A DNA stretch of 12,055 bases from an uncultured Candidatus Saccharibacteria bacterium (GTDB lineage Bacteria; Patescibacteriota; Minisyncoccia; UBA6257; UBA9933). The stretch covers positions 1 through 12,055 of the forward strand of contig CAYZYY010000009.1 in the NCBI GenBank assembly GCA_964482855.1. The letters run 5' to 3'. This document shows positions 1 to 8,532 of the stretch, piece after piece. Within the stretch, counting starts at the first letter, position 1, and the number at the start of each line of letters is the position of its first letter. The position numbers and the translations under genes were made by a program. Under the pieces are notes generated by a model, which worked only from the letters and a program-made list of their open reading frames with translations, searched no databases and was not told the DNA's origin.

Positions 1-158
1 TGTTAATCAAGCCCTTCCGGCGGCTGTCGTTTTATTTATTCGAAAAAAAACTTTACCAGGACATAGTTAACCGGCGCAACCCCGGATGGATTTCTCATAA
101 TTTCCCCCGCCGCGCCAGGGAAGACAATTTTTACATCACCCGCTCCCTGATACGGGCA

Positions 159-1412
159 ATGGACAAAGGCCTGTCCAGAGGACTCATTTCCAAAAAGTCC
201 TGGCGGAAAGCATTCGAGTTTGCCGGTGTCCACATACCCAAAAAAATCAAAGGGGCAAAATCCGCTTTTTTGAAAAAATACGGATTCAAAGCGCCGGCGC
301 TACTGGCGATTTCAATAACCAAACGATGCAATTTGAAATGCCTGGGCTGCTACGCCGACGGCTCGCGGACAAGCCGGGAAAAACTGCCGTTTGAAATCAT
401 TTCAAGAATAATCAAAGAACAAAAAACTCTTTGGGGTTCGCACTTCACCGTTATCACCGGCGGCGAACCGTTTTTGTACGAAGACAACGGCAAAACCTTT
501 CTTGATTTGGCCGCGGAGCACCAGAATACGTTTTTCCTGGTTTACACCAACGGAACCCTGATTGACGAAAAAATGGCGAAGAAAATCGCCGATTTGGGAA
601 ACATCACGCCGGCTATTTCGGTTGAGGGCTTTGAAAAAGAAACCGACGAACGGAGAGGAAAAGGCGTTCATCAAAAAATTCTCAGGACATTCGAAGCGCT
701 CAGAAAGGCCGGCGTAATGTTCGGCATTTCCATCACTCCCACCCGCCAAAATCTTGAGTTGACGCTGAGCGACGAATTTATTGATTATTACTTTGAAAAA
801 CTCGGAGCGGCTTACGCCTGGGTTCTCCAGTACACGCCTGTCGGCCGCGACCCGGATTTAAACCTGATGGTTACTCCGGAACAAAGAATGAAAATGTTCA
901 GGCGGGTCTGGCAAATAATCAGGGAAAAACAAATTCCGATGATTGATTTTTGGAATTGCGGCACGGCCATCGGCGGCTGTATCGCGGCCGGCAAGCCCCA
1001 AGTGGGATATCTTCATATTAACTGGCGGGGCGACGTCACCCCCTGCGTTTTCAAACCTTATTTCAGCCAGAACATTATTAAGATTTACGAAAAAGGCGGG
1101 GACTTGAATTCCATTTTGTTTTCGGATTTTTTCAAAAAAATCCGGCGATGGCAAAACGAATACGTCACGGGTAATACCATTGCCTGCTGTCCGGCCAGGG
1201 ACCATTACCAAATGTTATATCCCGTTCTTTGCGAAAAAGAAGTTAAGCCCATTGACGATTTGGCAAAAAAATCCCTCAAAAACAAGGTTTTGCGCCAAGG
1301 GTTGTTTGATTACGGGGAGAAATTCAGAACTCTTTCCGGAGAAATCTGGAAGAAAGAATATTTAGCGCCGGAAACGAAATCCGCTCCTGGCCGCGAAAAT
1401 CCCGATGATTAA
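159..1412 (+). CDS. Radical SAM enzyme with C-terminal SPASM/twitch-like auxiliary Fe-S domain; substrate unknown (maturase-like).
   Basis: ATG at 159. CX3CX2C motif (C57-N-L-K-C61-L-G-C64, nt ~327-350) inside 'ISITKRCNLKCLGCY'. Glycine-rich SAM motif 'ITGGEPFLY', followed by 'VYTNGTL' and 'ISVEGFEKE'. C-terminal Cys cluster: C267, C274, then 'GYLHINWRGDVTPC296' (SPASM-type beta-hairpin GxxxxVxxxGxVxPC), then C343-C344 and C358 (nt ~957-1232). The roughly 55-aa N-terminal extension is too short for a full RRE domain. Confidence 0.85.
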   Translation: MDKGLSRGLISKKSWRKAFEFAGVHIPKKIKGAKSAFLKKYGFKAPALLAISITKRCNLKCLGCYADGSRTSREKLPFEIISRIIKEQKTLWGSHFTVITGGEPFLYEDNGKTFLDLAAEHQNTFFLVYTNGTLIDEKMAKKIADLGNITPAISVEGFEKETDERRGKGVHQKILRTFEALRKAGVMFGISITPTRQNLELTLSDEFIDYYFEKLGAAYAWVLQYTPVGRDPDLNLMVTPEQRMKMFRRVWQIIREKQIPMIDFWNCGTAIGGCIAAGKPQVGYLHINWRGDVTPCVFKPYFSQNIIKIYEKGGDLNSILFSDFFKKIRRWQNEYVTGNTIACCPARDHYQMLYPVLCEKEVKPIDDLAKKSLKNKVLRQGLFDYGEKFRTLSGEIWKKEYLAPETKSAPGRENPDD

Positions 1413-2972
1413 AGCGGACAAGGCAAGTATCCAGTCGCCGAAACGGTTATAAAAAGTCCGGTGGGAAAAAATTTTAACCTCGGCATTGATAACTTCGTTG
1501 CCGATTTTTTCGTTTTTAACCATTAATTTTCCGGTCTGGTCAACGACGAAAGAATCTCCCTGATTGGCCGCCTGAACGAAATACCGACCGGTCTCCGCCG
1601 CCCTTACCCGGGCCATGGATAAAATCTGTCCCAAAATAAATTTATTCCCTTTGAAAATGGCGTCGCTGGCCGGACTGACGAAAAATTCCGCTCCCTGCCG
1701 GGCAAACTCCCTGTATAAGTAAGGAGAGGCGATTTCCGAGCACATTAAACCGGCTATTTTGACGCCGGCGTATTCGGCAATCGTCAGCTCCTCGCCCTTT
1801 TCATATCCGCGGGTTCTTTCCAAATCAACCAGCCAGTCTTCGCGGCCGGCTAATTTAAAAACCGCCGTCATAAAATAAGGAAGGTAATCTCCCACCGGCA
1901 TCAAAAGCGTTTTATCGTAAGCGGCGATAATTTTTTGTTCTTTTAAGTCAAAATAAACGAGTCGGGTTGAGGTCTCCGAGGTCCGGCGATCCAAATGCCA
2001 ACCGCTGTCAATAACCAGCGCTTCCGGACGATTTTCGGCCGATTCCGAAGAAAAAAGGCCGGGGTAAAAACGATTTAATCTCGGCAAAAAATTGGCGTGT
2101 TCCGGAAAAACGATTATCCGGGGCCATTCTTTTTCTTCCAGCGCTTCTTTAAAAAGACCGAGTTGAACTTCAGAAAATTCTTTTTCCTGTTTTTGGGTAT
2201 AATTAAAAAGAGAAGGGAAATTCGTTTGGACAAGGGTAATTGGAATTGTTTTTTTAAAAGACGGGGATTTTAAATTTTTGATTTCTGACAAAATATATGG
2301 AGCCAGTAACAGAAATATTGTTAAAAACAAAAAACTCAAACCGTAAACGGCTTTTTTTTGAAAAAGTAATTTTTCAAATAAAAAGAAAACCAGATAATTA
2401 ATAAGAGCCAGAAAAAAACTTAGCCCGTAAATACCGGCTATTCCGGCAATTAAATTAAAAGAAGAACTTCCCAGTCCGTAACCCAAATGGCCCAGAGTAA
2501 AATGAGCTCCCCAGAGAGAACCCGGCCCCCAGTTAAAAACGGTGAATGCCCATGCCCTCAAATATTCAAAAATTATCCAGAGGGAGGAAAAAAGGAAAAT
2601 ATCCGGCCACTGGCCGGTTTTTAAACGGGAAAAAACGTAAATACCGCCGGCAAAAAAGAATGAAGAAAATAAAACGTAAATCAGCCAGGCCAGCGATAAA
2701 ATAAACATGGTAATGATTTTGCCGTCTGCTCCCGCCCAATCGGCCATTGAAGCGAATAAAAAATAGCTCGTGGTGGCGCCGAAAAAAATGAGGCCGGTCA
2801 AATATCCTCCTGAGAACGCCCTGTTTTTAGAAGAATTCAAGCTGATAAAAACCAGTAAAGGAATCAGAGCAAACCAGAGTAAAAAATTAATGCCGTAAGG
2901 AGGATAACCAAAAATCAGCATAATCCCACTAACAACGGGCAAAACAAAATAAAGGTAATTGAATTTAATCAT
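1362..2972 (-). CDS. lnt: Apolipoprotein N-acyltransferase (Lnt-like): polytopic membrane N-terminus, CN-hydrolase (nitrilase-fold) domain, C-terminal transmembrane helix.
   Basis: ATG is the reverse complement of 2970-2972; stop is the reverse complement of 1362-1364. Multiple N-terminal hydrophobic helices. Nitrilase-fold catalytic-triad motifs: 'IVFPEHANF' (Glu), 'YDKTLLMPVGDY' (Lys, compare E. coli Lnt 'YNKHHLVPFGEF'), 'GLMCSEIASP' (Cys). The terminal hydrophobic helix 'WILALSALIIGIFAA' is typical of Lnt. Confidence 0.8.
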   Translation of the reverse strand: MIKFNYLYFVLPVVSGIMLIFGYPPYGINFLLWFALIPLLVFISLNSSKNRAFSGGYLTGLIFFGATTSYFLFASMADWAGADGKIITMFILSLAWLIYVLFSSFFFAGGIYVFSRLKTGQWPDIFLFSSLWIIFEYLRAWAFTVFNWGPGSLWGAHFTLGHLGYGLGSSSFNLIAGIAGIYGLSFFLALINYLVFFLFEKLLFQKKAVYGLSFLFLTIFLLLAPYILSEIKNLKSPSFKKTIPITLVQTNFPSLFNYTQKQEKEFSEVQLGLFKEALEEKEWPRIIVFPEHANFLPRLNRFYPGLFSSESAENRPEALVIDSGWHLDRRTSETSTRLVYFDLKEQKIIAAYDKTLLMPVGDYLPYFMTAVFKLAGREDWLVDLERTRGYEKGEELTIAEYAGVKIAGLMCSEIASPYLYREFARQGAEFFVSPASDAIFKGNKFILGQILSMARVRAAETGRYFVQAANQGDSFVVDQTGKLMVKNEKIGNEVINAEVKIFSHRTFYNRFGDWILALSALIIGIFAARSGFRFRR

Positions 2973-2988
2973 ACCCGTTGATTATAAT
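2959..2988 (+). promoter_or_regulatory. Candidate sigma70-like promoter for the + strand block starting at 3047: TTGAAT (2959-2964), 18-nt spacer, TATAAT (2983-2988).
   Basis: Hexamers read directly from the sequence. The -35 lies inside the lnt start region (divergent arrangement). The 58-nt leader has no Shine-Dalgarno sequence. Speculative. Confidence 0.2.
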
Positions 2989-3046
2989 ACATCGCAGTTG
3001 AAATTTTAAGCCGGATAAAGTATCATTAAACAATAATTTTAAATTT

Positions 3047-3685
3047 ATGGTAATCACTTTTTACGGCGAGGGCTGTTTTAAAGTCCAAAGCGGAGACCTT
3101 GTCGTCCTGACGGACCCTTTTGACAAAAATACCGGCCTGACGCCGCCGCGCTTCAAATCCGACATTACCCTGAAAACCCTTACTCTCATACCGATAATTG
3201 ACCAGCAGATTGACGAATCCATCGGCCATCCCATCTGGGGTCCGGGCGAATACAATATTAAAGACGTAAACATCAACGGCTTTCTTCTATCCGGCGAATC
3301 TTCGGAAAAGTTTTTGAAAACCGTCTATTTGGCGGAAGTGGAAAATATTAAGCTCTGTTTCCTGGGACATATTTCCGAAGCGCCCGAGCCCGCCATTCTG
3401 GAGCGTCTGGGAGAAATTGACATTTTATTCATCCCGGCCGGCGGCGCGCCTTTCATTAACCAAAAATCCGCGGCGAAATTAATCAAACAAATCCAGCCCA
3501 AAATCGTGGTTCCCTGTTTTTTCAAAATCCCTTCCCTGAAAAGAACCGCCGACAAACTTGAAACGTTCTTGGACGAATTTAACGGTTCGAAAACGAAAGA
3601 ATCCGAAGGGCAGGATAAGTTGGTGATAAAAAAGAAGGATTTGGATAATGTGAAAAAGACGGAACTGATGATATTAAAGGCGTAG
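3047..3685 (+). CDS. MBL-fold (UPF0173-like) protein that appears to lack the canonical HxHxDH metal-binding motif; possibly a non-catalytic or divergent hydrolase.
   Basis: N-terminus 'MVITFYGEGCFKVQSGDLVVLTDPFD' resembles the beta-strand start of MBL/UPF0173 proteins (..ITWLGHACF....LIDPF..). Where HxHxDH is expected the sequence reads 'SDITLKTLTLIPIID'. The alignment is from memory and not computed. Confidence 0.55.
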   Translation: MVITFYGEGCFKVQSGDLVVLTDPFDKNTGLTPPRFKSDITLKTLTLIPIIDQQIDESIGHPIWGPGEYNIKDVNINGFLLSGESSEKFLKTVYLAEVENIKLCFLGHISEAPEPAILERLGEIDILFIPAGGAPFINQKSAAKLIKQIQPKIVVPCFFKIPSLKRTADKLETFLDEFNGSKTKESEGQDKLVIKKKDLDNVKKTELMILKA

Positions 3686-3691
3686 CGCTTT

Positions 3692-3985
3692 ATGTGGCAG
3701 AAGATTAAAAAAACGCTGAAAAGTATTCAAAATTCCGACGAAGCCAATAAAAAACGCTGGTTAATCGGGGCAAGCGCGGCTTCAATGATTATAGTGGTAG
3801 GGCTCTGGTTGATATATCTCAAATTCACCGTTGAATCCGGCAGCCCAAGCGTTGAAGCAAAAGAATCCGTCGGCTTCTGGCAAATTTTAAAAAACGGCCT
3901 GGTTATCATCTTCCAATCAATTAAAGAAAACATTACGAATTTCATTTCGGAATTAAGCAAGGGGAAAACAATTACGATAGAATAA
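3692..3985 (+). CDS. Small hypothetical membrane protein (97 aa, one predicted transmembrane helix).
   Basis: Six nt after the upstream stop. Charged N-terminus, then hydrophobic helix 'LIGASAASMIIVVGLWLIYL'. No recognisable domain. Confidence 0.4.
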   Translation: MWQKIKKTLKSIQNSDEANKKRWLIGASAASMIIVVGLWLIYLKFTVESGSPSVEAKESVGFWQILKNGLVIIFQSIKENITNFISELSKGKTITIE

Positions 3986-4009
3986 ATTTCCTTAAATAAT
4001 TTCCAAACT

Positions 4010-6484
4010 ATGCCAAAAGATTCGAACGAAGCCAAAAAAAACGAAATCGGGAAAGTTGAGGAACGCGAAATAACCGAAGAACTGCGGGAATCGTATTTAA
4101 GTTATGCCATGTCGGTAATCGTTTCCCGGGCCCTTCCCGACGTCCGGGACGGGCTAAAGCCGGTCCAACGGCGCATTTTGTGGACAATGTGGGAAGAAGG
4201 ACTGACTCATAACGCCAAATTCAGAAAGTCAGCGACCGTTGTCGGGTCTTGTCTCGGCCGTTATCACCCTCACGGTGACACTGCGGTTTACGACGCCATG
4301 GTCAGAATGGCCCAGGATTTTTCTTTGCGTTATCCCCTGGTTCAGGGACAGGGAAACCTGGGTTCGATCGATGGGGACGCGCCGGCGGCCATGAGATACT
4401 CGGAGGCAAAACTCAGTAAAATCGCGGAAGAACTTCTGTTCGACATTGAAAAAGAAACCATTGACTGGCGGCCGAATTATGACGGTTCCCGCCAGGAACC
4501 AAAACTTTTGCCGGCCAAATTACCCAACCTTTTGTTAAACGGCACCGTGGGAATTGCCGTGGGAATGGCAACCAATATTCCACCTCATAATTTAAATGAA
4601 ATAATCGACGCCCTTATCCACTTAACCGGACACCCCAAGGCAACTACCGAAGACTTGGTGGAATTCGTCCAGGGGCCGGATTTTCCCACCGGCGGCATTA
4701 TTTACGATAAAAAAGCCATTACCGAAGCGTATGTTTCCGGCAAAGGAGCCATTACCTGCCGCGCCAAAGCCGAGATTGAAGAACGCAAAGCCGGTCAGTT
4801 CAACATCGTCATTACCGAAATCCCTTACCAGGTCAACAAAGCGGAGTTGATTATTAAAATCGCCGGGATGGTCCAGGATAAAAAACTTGAAGGCATCCGC
4901 GACCTGCGCGATGAAAGCGACAAAGAAGGCCTGAGAATTATGATTGAGCTTAAAAATGACGCCAATCCCCAGAAAATTTTAAACCGGCTTTATCAGTATA
5001 CCGATCTTCAGAAAAATTTTTATCTCAATATGATTGCCCTGGTTGCCGACGGCCTCCAACCCCAGCTTCTTTCCCTAAAAGAAGTTTTGACCGCCCATTT
5101 GGAACACCGGCAGGTCGTCGTTGAACGCCGGACGAAATTCGAGTTGAAAAAAGCCCAGGAAAGGGCGCATATTCTGGAAGGGCTGGCAAAAGCGCTTTCG
5201 TCAATTGACCAAATAATATCCACCATTAAAAAATCAAAAGACCGGCAGGAGGCGCATCAAAACCTGGTTAAAAAATTCAAATTCACCGATATTCAGACCA
5301 ACGCCATTTTGGAGATGAAACTTCAAACCTTGGCTGGCCTGGAGCGCCAGAAAATTGAAAACGAACTGAAAGAAAAAAAGAAATTAATCGGCGAACTGCA
5401 GGCGCTTCTGAAAAGTCCGCAAAAAATTATCAACGTCATTAAAGAAGAATTTTTGGAACTGAAAAAAAATTACGGGGACCAGCGCCGGACGAAAGTAATC
5501 GTTTCCGGACTGAAAGAATTTAAAGAGGAAGACCTTATCCCCCAGGAAGAAGTGGTTATTACCCTTTCGCAAAGCGGTTATATTAAAAGAGTGGCGCCGA
5601 CCGCCATCCGTGTTCAGCACCGCGGAGGAAAAGGAATCGTCGGTTCCGAAATGAGCGAAGAGGATTTTATCAGCCACTTTATTTCCGCCGACACCCACGA
5701 TAACATTTTGTTCTTTACCGACCAGGGACGGGCTTTCCAAACGAAAGTTTACGAAATTCCCGCCGGCTCCAGAACGGCCAAGGGCAAAGTTATCCAAAAT
5801 TTTCTGGAAATTCCTCCGGATGAAAAAATCAGCGCCATCATTTCTTACGCCGCCAATAACCAAAAATCGGAAAGCGGCGATTATTTAGTAATGGCGACGA
5901 AAAACGGATTGATTAAAAAAACTTCCCTTAATGATTTTGCCAATGTCCGGAGAAGCGGGCTTATCGCCATCAAACTGCAAAAAGACGATGAACTTAAATG
6001 GGTTAAAATGTCTTCGGGAAAAGACGAAATAATTTTAGCGACCGTCCAGGGACAGGCAATTAGGTTTAAAGAAACTCAACTGCGGTCAATGGGACGAAAT
6101 GCCGCCGGCGTTAAATCCATCAGGCTCAAAAGGGGTGATTTTGTCGCCGGACTTGATATAATAAAAGAAAAGGCGGGAGGGAAAAGCCAAAAACTGTTGG
6201 TTGTTACGGAAAACGGCTTTGCCAAACAAACGCCGCTCAATCAGTATAAAATCCAGAGTCGCGGCGGACAGGGAATTAAAACCTCAAAGATAACTTCCAA
6301 AACCGGTTTAATAATCAGCGCCAAAATTATCATTGATGAAGAAGAACTATTGGCTCTTTCCGGCAAAGGACAGATTATTAAAACCAAAATTTCCAGCATT
6401 CGGACCGCCGGCCGGGCCACTTCCGGGGTAAAAATCATGAGACTGAAACAAGGAGATAAAGTGGCCGGAATAGTATGTTTATAA
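4010..6484 (+). CDS. gyrA: DNA gyrase subunit A.
   Basis: '[26 protein letters not shown]' N-terminal signature. QRDR '[17 protein letters not shown]'. Active-site region '[19 protein letters not shown]' with catalytic Tyr. GyrA-box 'QHRGGKGI' in the C-terminal beta-pinwheel domain. Length 824 aa, normal for GyrA, so no intein. Confidence 0.97.
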   Translation: MPKDSNEAKKNEIGKVEEREITEELRESYLSYAMSVIVSRALPDVRDGLKPVQRRILWTMWEEGLTHNAKFRKSATVVGSCLGRYHPHGDTAVYDAMVRMAQDFSLRYPLVQGQGNLGSIDGDAPAAMRYSEAKLSKIAEELLFDIEKETIDWRPNYDGSRQEPKLLPAKLPNLLLNGTVGIAVGMATNIPPHNLNEIIDALIHLTGHPKATTEDLVEFVQGPDFPTGGIIYDKKAITEAYVSGKGAITCRAKAEIEERKAGQFNIVITEIPYQVNKAELIIKIAGMVQDKKLEGIRDLRDESDKEGLRIMIELKNDANPQKILNRLYQYTDLQKNFYLNMIALVADGLQPQLLSLKEVLTAHLEHRQVVVERRTKFELKKAQERAHILEGLAKALSSIDQIISTIKKSKDRQEAHQNLVKKFKFTDIQTNAILEMKLQTLAGLERQKIENELKEKKKLIGELQALLKSPQKIINVIKEEFLELKKNYGDQRRTKVIVSGLKEFKEEDLIPQEEVVITLSQSGYIKRVAPTAIRVQHRGGKGIVGSEMSEEDFISHFISADTHDNILFFTDQGRAFQTKVYEIPAGSRTAKGKVIQNFLEIPPDEKISAIISYAANNQKSESGDYLVMATKNGLIKKTSLNDFANVRRSGLIAIKLQKDDELKWVKMSSGKDEIILATVQGQAIRFKETQLRSMGRNAAGVKSIRLKRGDFVAGLDIIKEKAGGKSQKLLVVTENGFAKQTPLNQYKIQSRGGQGIKTSKITSKTGLIISAKIIIDEEELLALSGKGQIIKTKISSIRTAGRATSGVKIMRLKQGDKVAGIVCL

Positions 6485-6488
6485 AAAT

Positions 6489-7799
6489 ATGAATCTCTCA
6501 CGCAATCAAATCATTATTATAGGAATTGCCGGTCTGATTGTTTTAATCTTCATTCTGATGCTTCTCGGCGTTATTCCCGGGCTAAAAGGACCGGGGGGAG
6601 GCGGTTTTGGTTTCGGGGGAAGCGAACAAACTGAAATCGTTTTTTGGGGCGTTTCCGATGCCGATAATTCAAATGCCATCCAATCAATAATAGATGAATA
6701 TTCGTCAACGGAACCAAACGTTAAAATTAATTATCGCCGATTCGACAACGCCGATACCTATGAAAAAACCCTTTTAAACGCTTTGGCTACGGGACAGGCG
6801 CCGGATATCTTCATGTTCCACAACGGCTGGCTGCCTAAACACTACGATAAAGTCGTGCCCGTTCCCGAATCTTATTTGCCCCTGACTCAGTTCCGGCAGT
6901 TATTCCCGACCGTGGCCGAACAGGATTTCGTTTCGGGCGGAAGAATTTATTCCATACCTCTTTACATTGACACTCTGGCTTTTATTTACAACAAGAATAT
7001 TTTTGACGCGAAATCCGTCGCCATTCCGCCCAAAACCTGGCAGGAATTTCAGGGTTTGATTCCCCAATTGAAACAGGTAAACGTTCTCAATCAAATCGTA
7101 AAGCCGGCGGCGGCTCTGGGCGGCTCGGAAAAAAATATCGATTCGGCTTCCGACTTGCTGGCGCTTTTAATGCTCCAATTCGGCAGCCAGATGATGGACC
7201 AGTATGGAAAAATAAATTTCGGCTCCGAGGGTCTCTCTGCTTTGAATTTTTATCTCCAATTCAGCAACCCATCCAACCCTTATTACACCTGGAATGAAAA
7301 TCTGCGCTCTTCCCTGGATAGTTTTGCCGAAGGTTCAACCGCCATTATTTTCGATTACGCGTCTTCTCTTCCTTTAATCAAAGCGAAAAATCCTTATCTT
7401 GATATCGGAGTCAGTCCGATGCTCCAATTTTCCGACCCGAATCAAAACCAACCGATTAATTATGCCGACTATTGGGGGTTGAGCGTTTCCAATCAAAGCC
7501 GAAACCAAGATTCGGCCTGGAATTTTATTTTCTCGGCAACGATGGATTCCCAGATTTCCGAAATTTACCTCCAAGCCGGCGAAAAGCCGCCGGCCCTCCG
7601 TTCCTTGATTGAAAAATACAAAAACGACCCGAATTTGGGAGTTTTTGCCAGACAAGCATTAACTGCCCGCTCCTGGCGGCAACCGGACAACGCCGCAATC
7701 AGACAAATTTTTTCCAATATGATAGAATATATTTTAAATGGACGGCTTAATCCGGAACAAGCGATGGAACAAGCTGAAAACGAAATAAATTCATTATAA
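6489..7799 (+). CDS. Membrane-anchored extracellular solute-binding protein (ABC-transporter SBP family 1-like), orphan: no permease or ATPase adjacent.
   Basis: N-terminal transmembrane helix 'IIIIGIAGLIVLIFILMLLGVI', Gly-rich linker 'GPGGGGFGFGG', then 'EIVFWGVSDADNSNAIQSIIDEY...NVKINYRRFDNADTYEKTLLNALATGQAPDIFMFHNGWLPKHYDK', which matches the conserved N-lobe pattern of family-1 SBPs. The ATG is 4 nt after the gyrA stop. Confidence 0.75.
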   Translation: MNLSRNQIIIIGIAGLIVLIFILMLLGVIPGLKGPGGGGFGFGGSEQTEIVFWGVSDADNSNAIQSIIDEYSSTEPNVKINYRRFDNADTYEKTLLNALATGQAPDIFMFHNGWLPKHYDKVVPVPESYLPLTQFRQLFPTVAEQDFVSGGRIYSIPLYIDTLAFIYNKNIFDAKSVAIPPKTWQEFQGLIPQLKQVNVLNQIVKPAAALGGSEKNIDSASDLLALLMLQFGSQMMDQYGKINFGSEGLSALNFYLQFSNPSNPYYTWNENLRSSLDSFAEGSTAIIFDYASSLPLIKAKNPYLDIGVSPMLQFSDPNQNQPINYADYWGLSVSNQSRNQDSAWNFIFSATMDSQISEIYLQAGEKPPALRSLIEKYKNDPNLGVFARQALTARSWRQPDNAAIRQIFSNMIEYILNGRLNPEQAMEQAENEINSL

Positions 7800-7813
7800 A
7801 CCGATATAAATTA

Positions 7814-8200
7814 ATGAGAAAAATCATTTTAATTTCCAGTTTCTGTTTTTTGTCTTTGGTTTCCATTACTCAGGCAGCCGGCCTGGTGCCTTGCGGCGGC
7901 AGTACCGGAATAGAATGCACCTGGTGCCACTTAATGCAGTTGTTTAAAAACATCATTGATTTCATGCTCTACCTCGTCATTCCTCTGGCGATAATAATGA
8001 TAGTAGTCGGAGGAATCATGGTTATGACCGCCGGCGGCTCAACCGAGCGCGCTTCCAAAGGCAGAGAGATTATTACCGCCGCCGTTATCGGTCTCGTTAT
8101 TGCCTTGCTTTCCTGGTTAATTATTGATATAATAATTAAAGTAATTGGACAGGGCTGGAATACTTTAAAAATCGGGCCCTGGAACGAATTAAATTGTTAG
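7814..8200 (+). CDS. Pilin-like small secreted protein P1 (VirB2/TrbC-like putative T4SS pilin; subfamily A).
   Basis: Signal peptide 'MRKIILISSFCFLSLVSITQAAG', then 'LVPCGGSTGIECTWC'. Hydrophobic helix 1 '...LVIPLAIIMIVVGGIMVMTAGG', charged loop 'STERASKGRE', hydrophobic helix 2 'IITAAVIGLVIALLSWLIIDIII'. Helices, loop and MTAGG motif are shared with P5 and with P2-P4. Confidence 0.6.
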   Translation: MRKIILISSFCFLSLVSITQAAGLVPCGGSTGIECTWCHLMQLFKNIIDFMLYLVIPLAIIMIVVGGIMVMTAGGSTERASKGREIITAAVIGLVIALLSWLIIDIIIKVIGQGWNTLKIGPWNELNC

Positions 8201-8210
8201 AAAACGCATT

Positions 8211-8528
8211 ATGCAAATTGACGAAAAGAAGCTTAAAAAGATTTTAAAAGAACAGCGCGAAGATTATCAGCGTTATTTGGGTATTTTGACCGAAGATTTC
8301 GGCTCAAAAACGGAATTAATCGCTGAATCACTTTTAGGCCTTCAAAGTCAGCTTAAATCCATCAAAGAGATGATAGGCAGAAACACCGAGGATATTGAAA
8401 TGATGAAAATGGACTTGCATATTATCAGAAATGACCTCAAAGAAAAAATTGACAGAAATGAATTTTTGGTTTTAGAAAAAAGAGTATTTAAGTTGGAAAA
8501 AAAAATAACCGCAAAAATAACCCGTTAA
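8211..8528 (+). CDS. Hypothetical cytoplasmic coiled-coil protein (105 aa) embedded in the pilin-like array.
   Basis: No signal peptide and no transmembrane helix. Highly charged, with K/E/L heptad-like periodicity ('KLKKILKEQREDYQRYL...LKSIKEMIGRNTEDIEMMKMDLHIIRNDLKEKIDRNEFLVLEKRVFKLEKKI'). Tightly coupled to its neighbours (10 nt and 4 nt). Confidence 0.5.
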   Translation: MQIDEKKLKKILKEQREDYQRYLGILTEDFGSKTELIAESLLGLQSQLKSIKEMIGRNTEDIEMMKMDLHIIRNDLKEKIDRNEFLVLEKRVFKLEKKITAKITR

Positions 8529-8532
8529 AACG

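Noticed and set aside
36-331. Minus-strand ORFs 36..233 and 131..331 overlapping the radical SAM start and upstream region.
   Set aside because: They overlap each other and the radical SAM 5' end and have no SD or promoter logic. They are more likely antisense artefacts. 1-158 may contain the 3' end or terminator of an upstream gene outside the window.
402-1211. Minus-strand ORFs (402..749, 812..994, 858..1211) nested antisense inside the radical SAM gene.
   Set aside because: They lie entirely within a well-supported CDS on the other strand and show no domain-like composition. Likely spurious open frames.
4255-4310. gyrA QRDR inspected for quinolone-resistance substitutions ([17 protein letters not shown]).
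   Set aside because: Thr at the Ser83-equivalent position is the wild-type residue in many taxa, and Asp87 is retained. There is no basis for calling resistance.
4010-6484. Possible intein or insertion in gyrA.
   Set aside because: Its 824 aa is a normal GyrA length and the domain order looks contiguous. No intein-like block is seen.
5020-6501. Antisense ORFs within gyrA (5020..5226, 5384..5863, 6241..6501).
   Set aside because: They are embedded in a highly conserved essential gene and are typical open antisense frames of such a gene.
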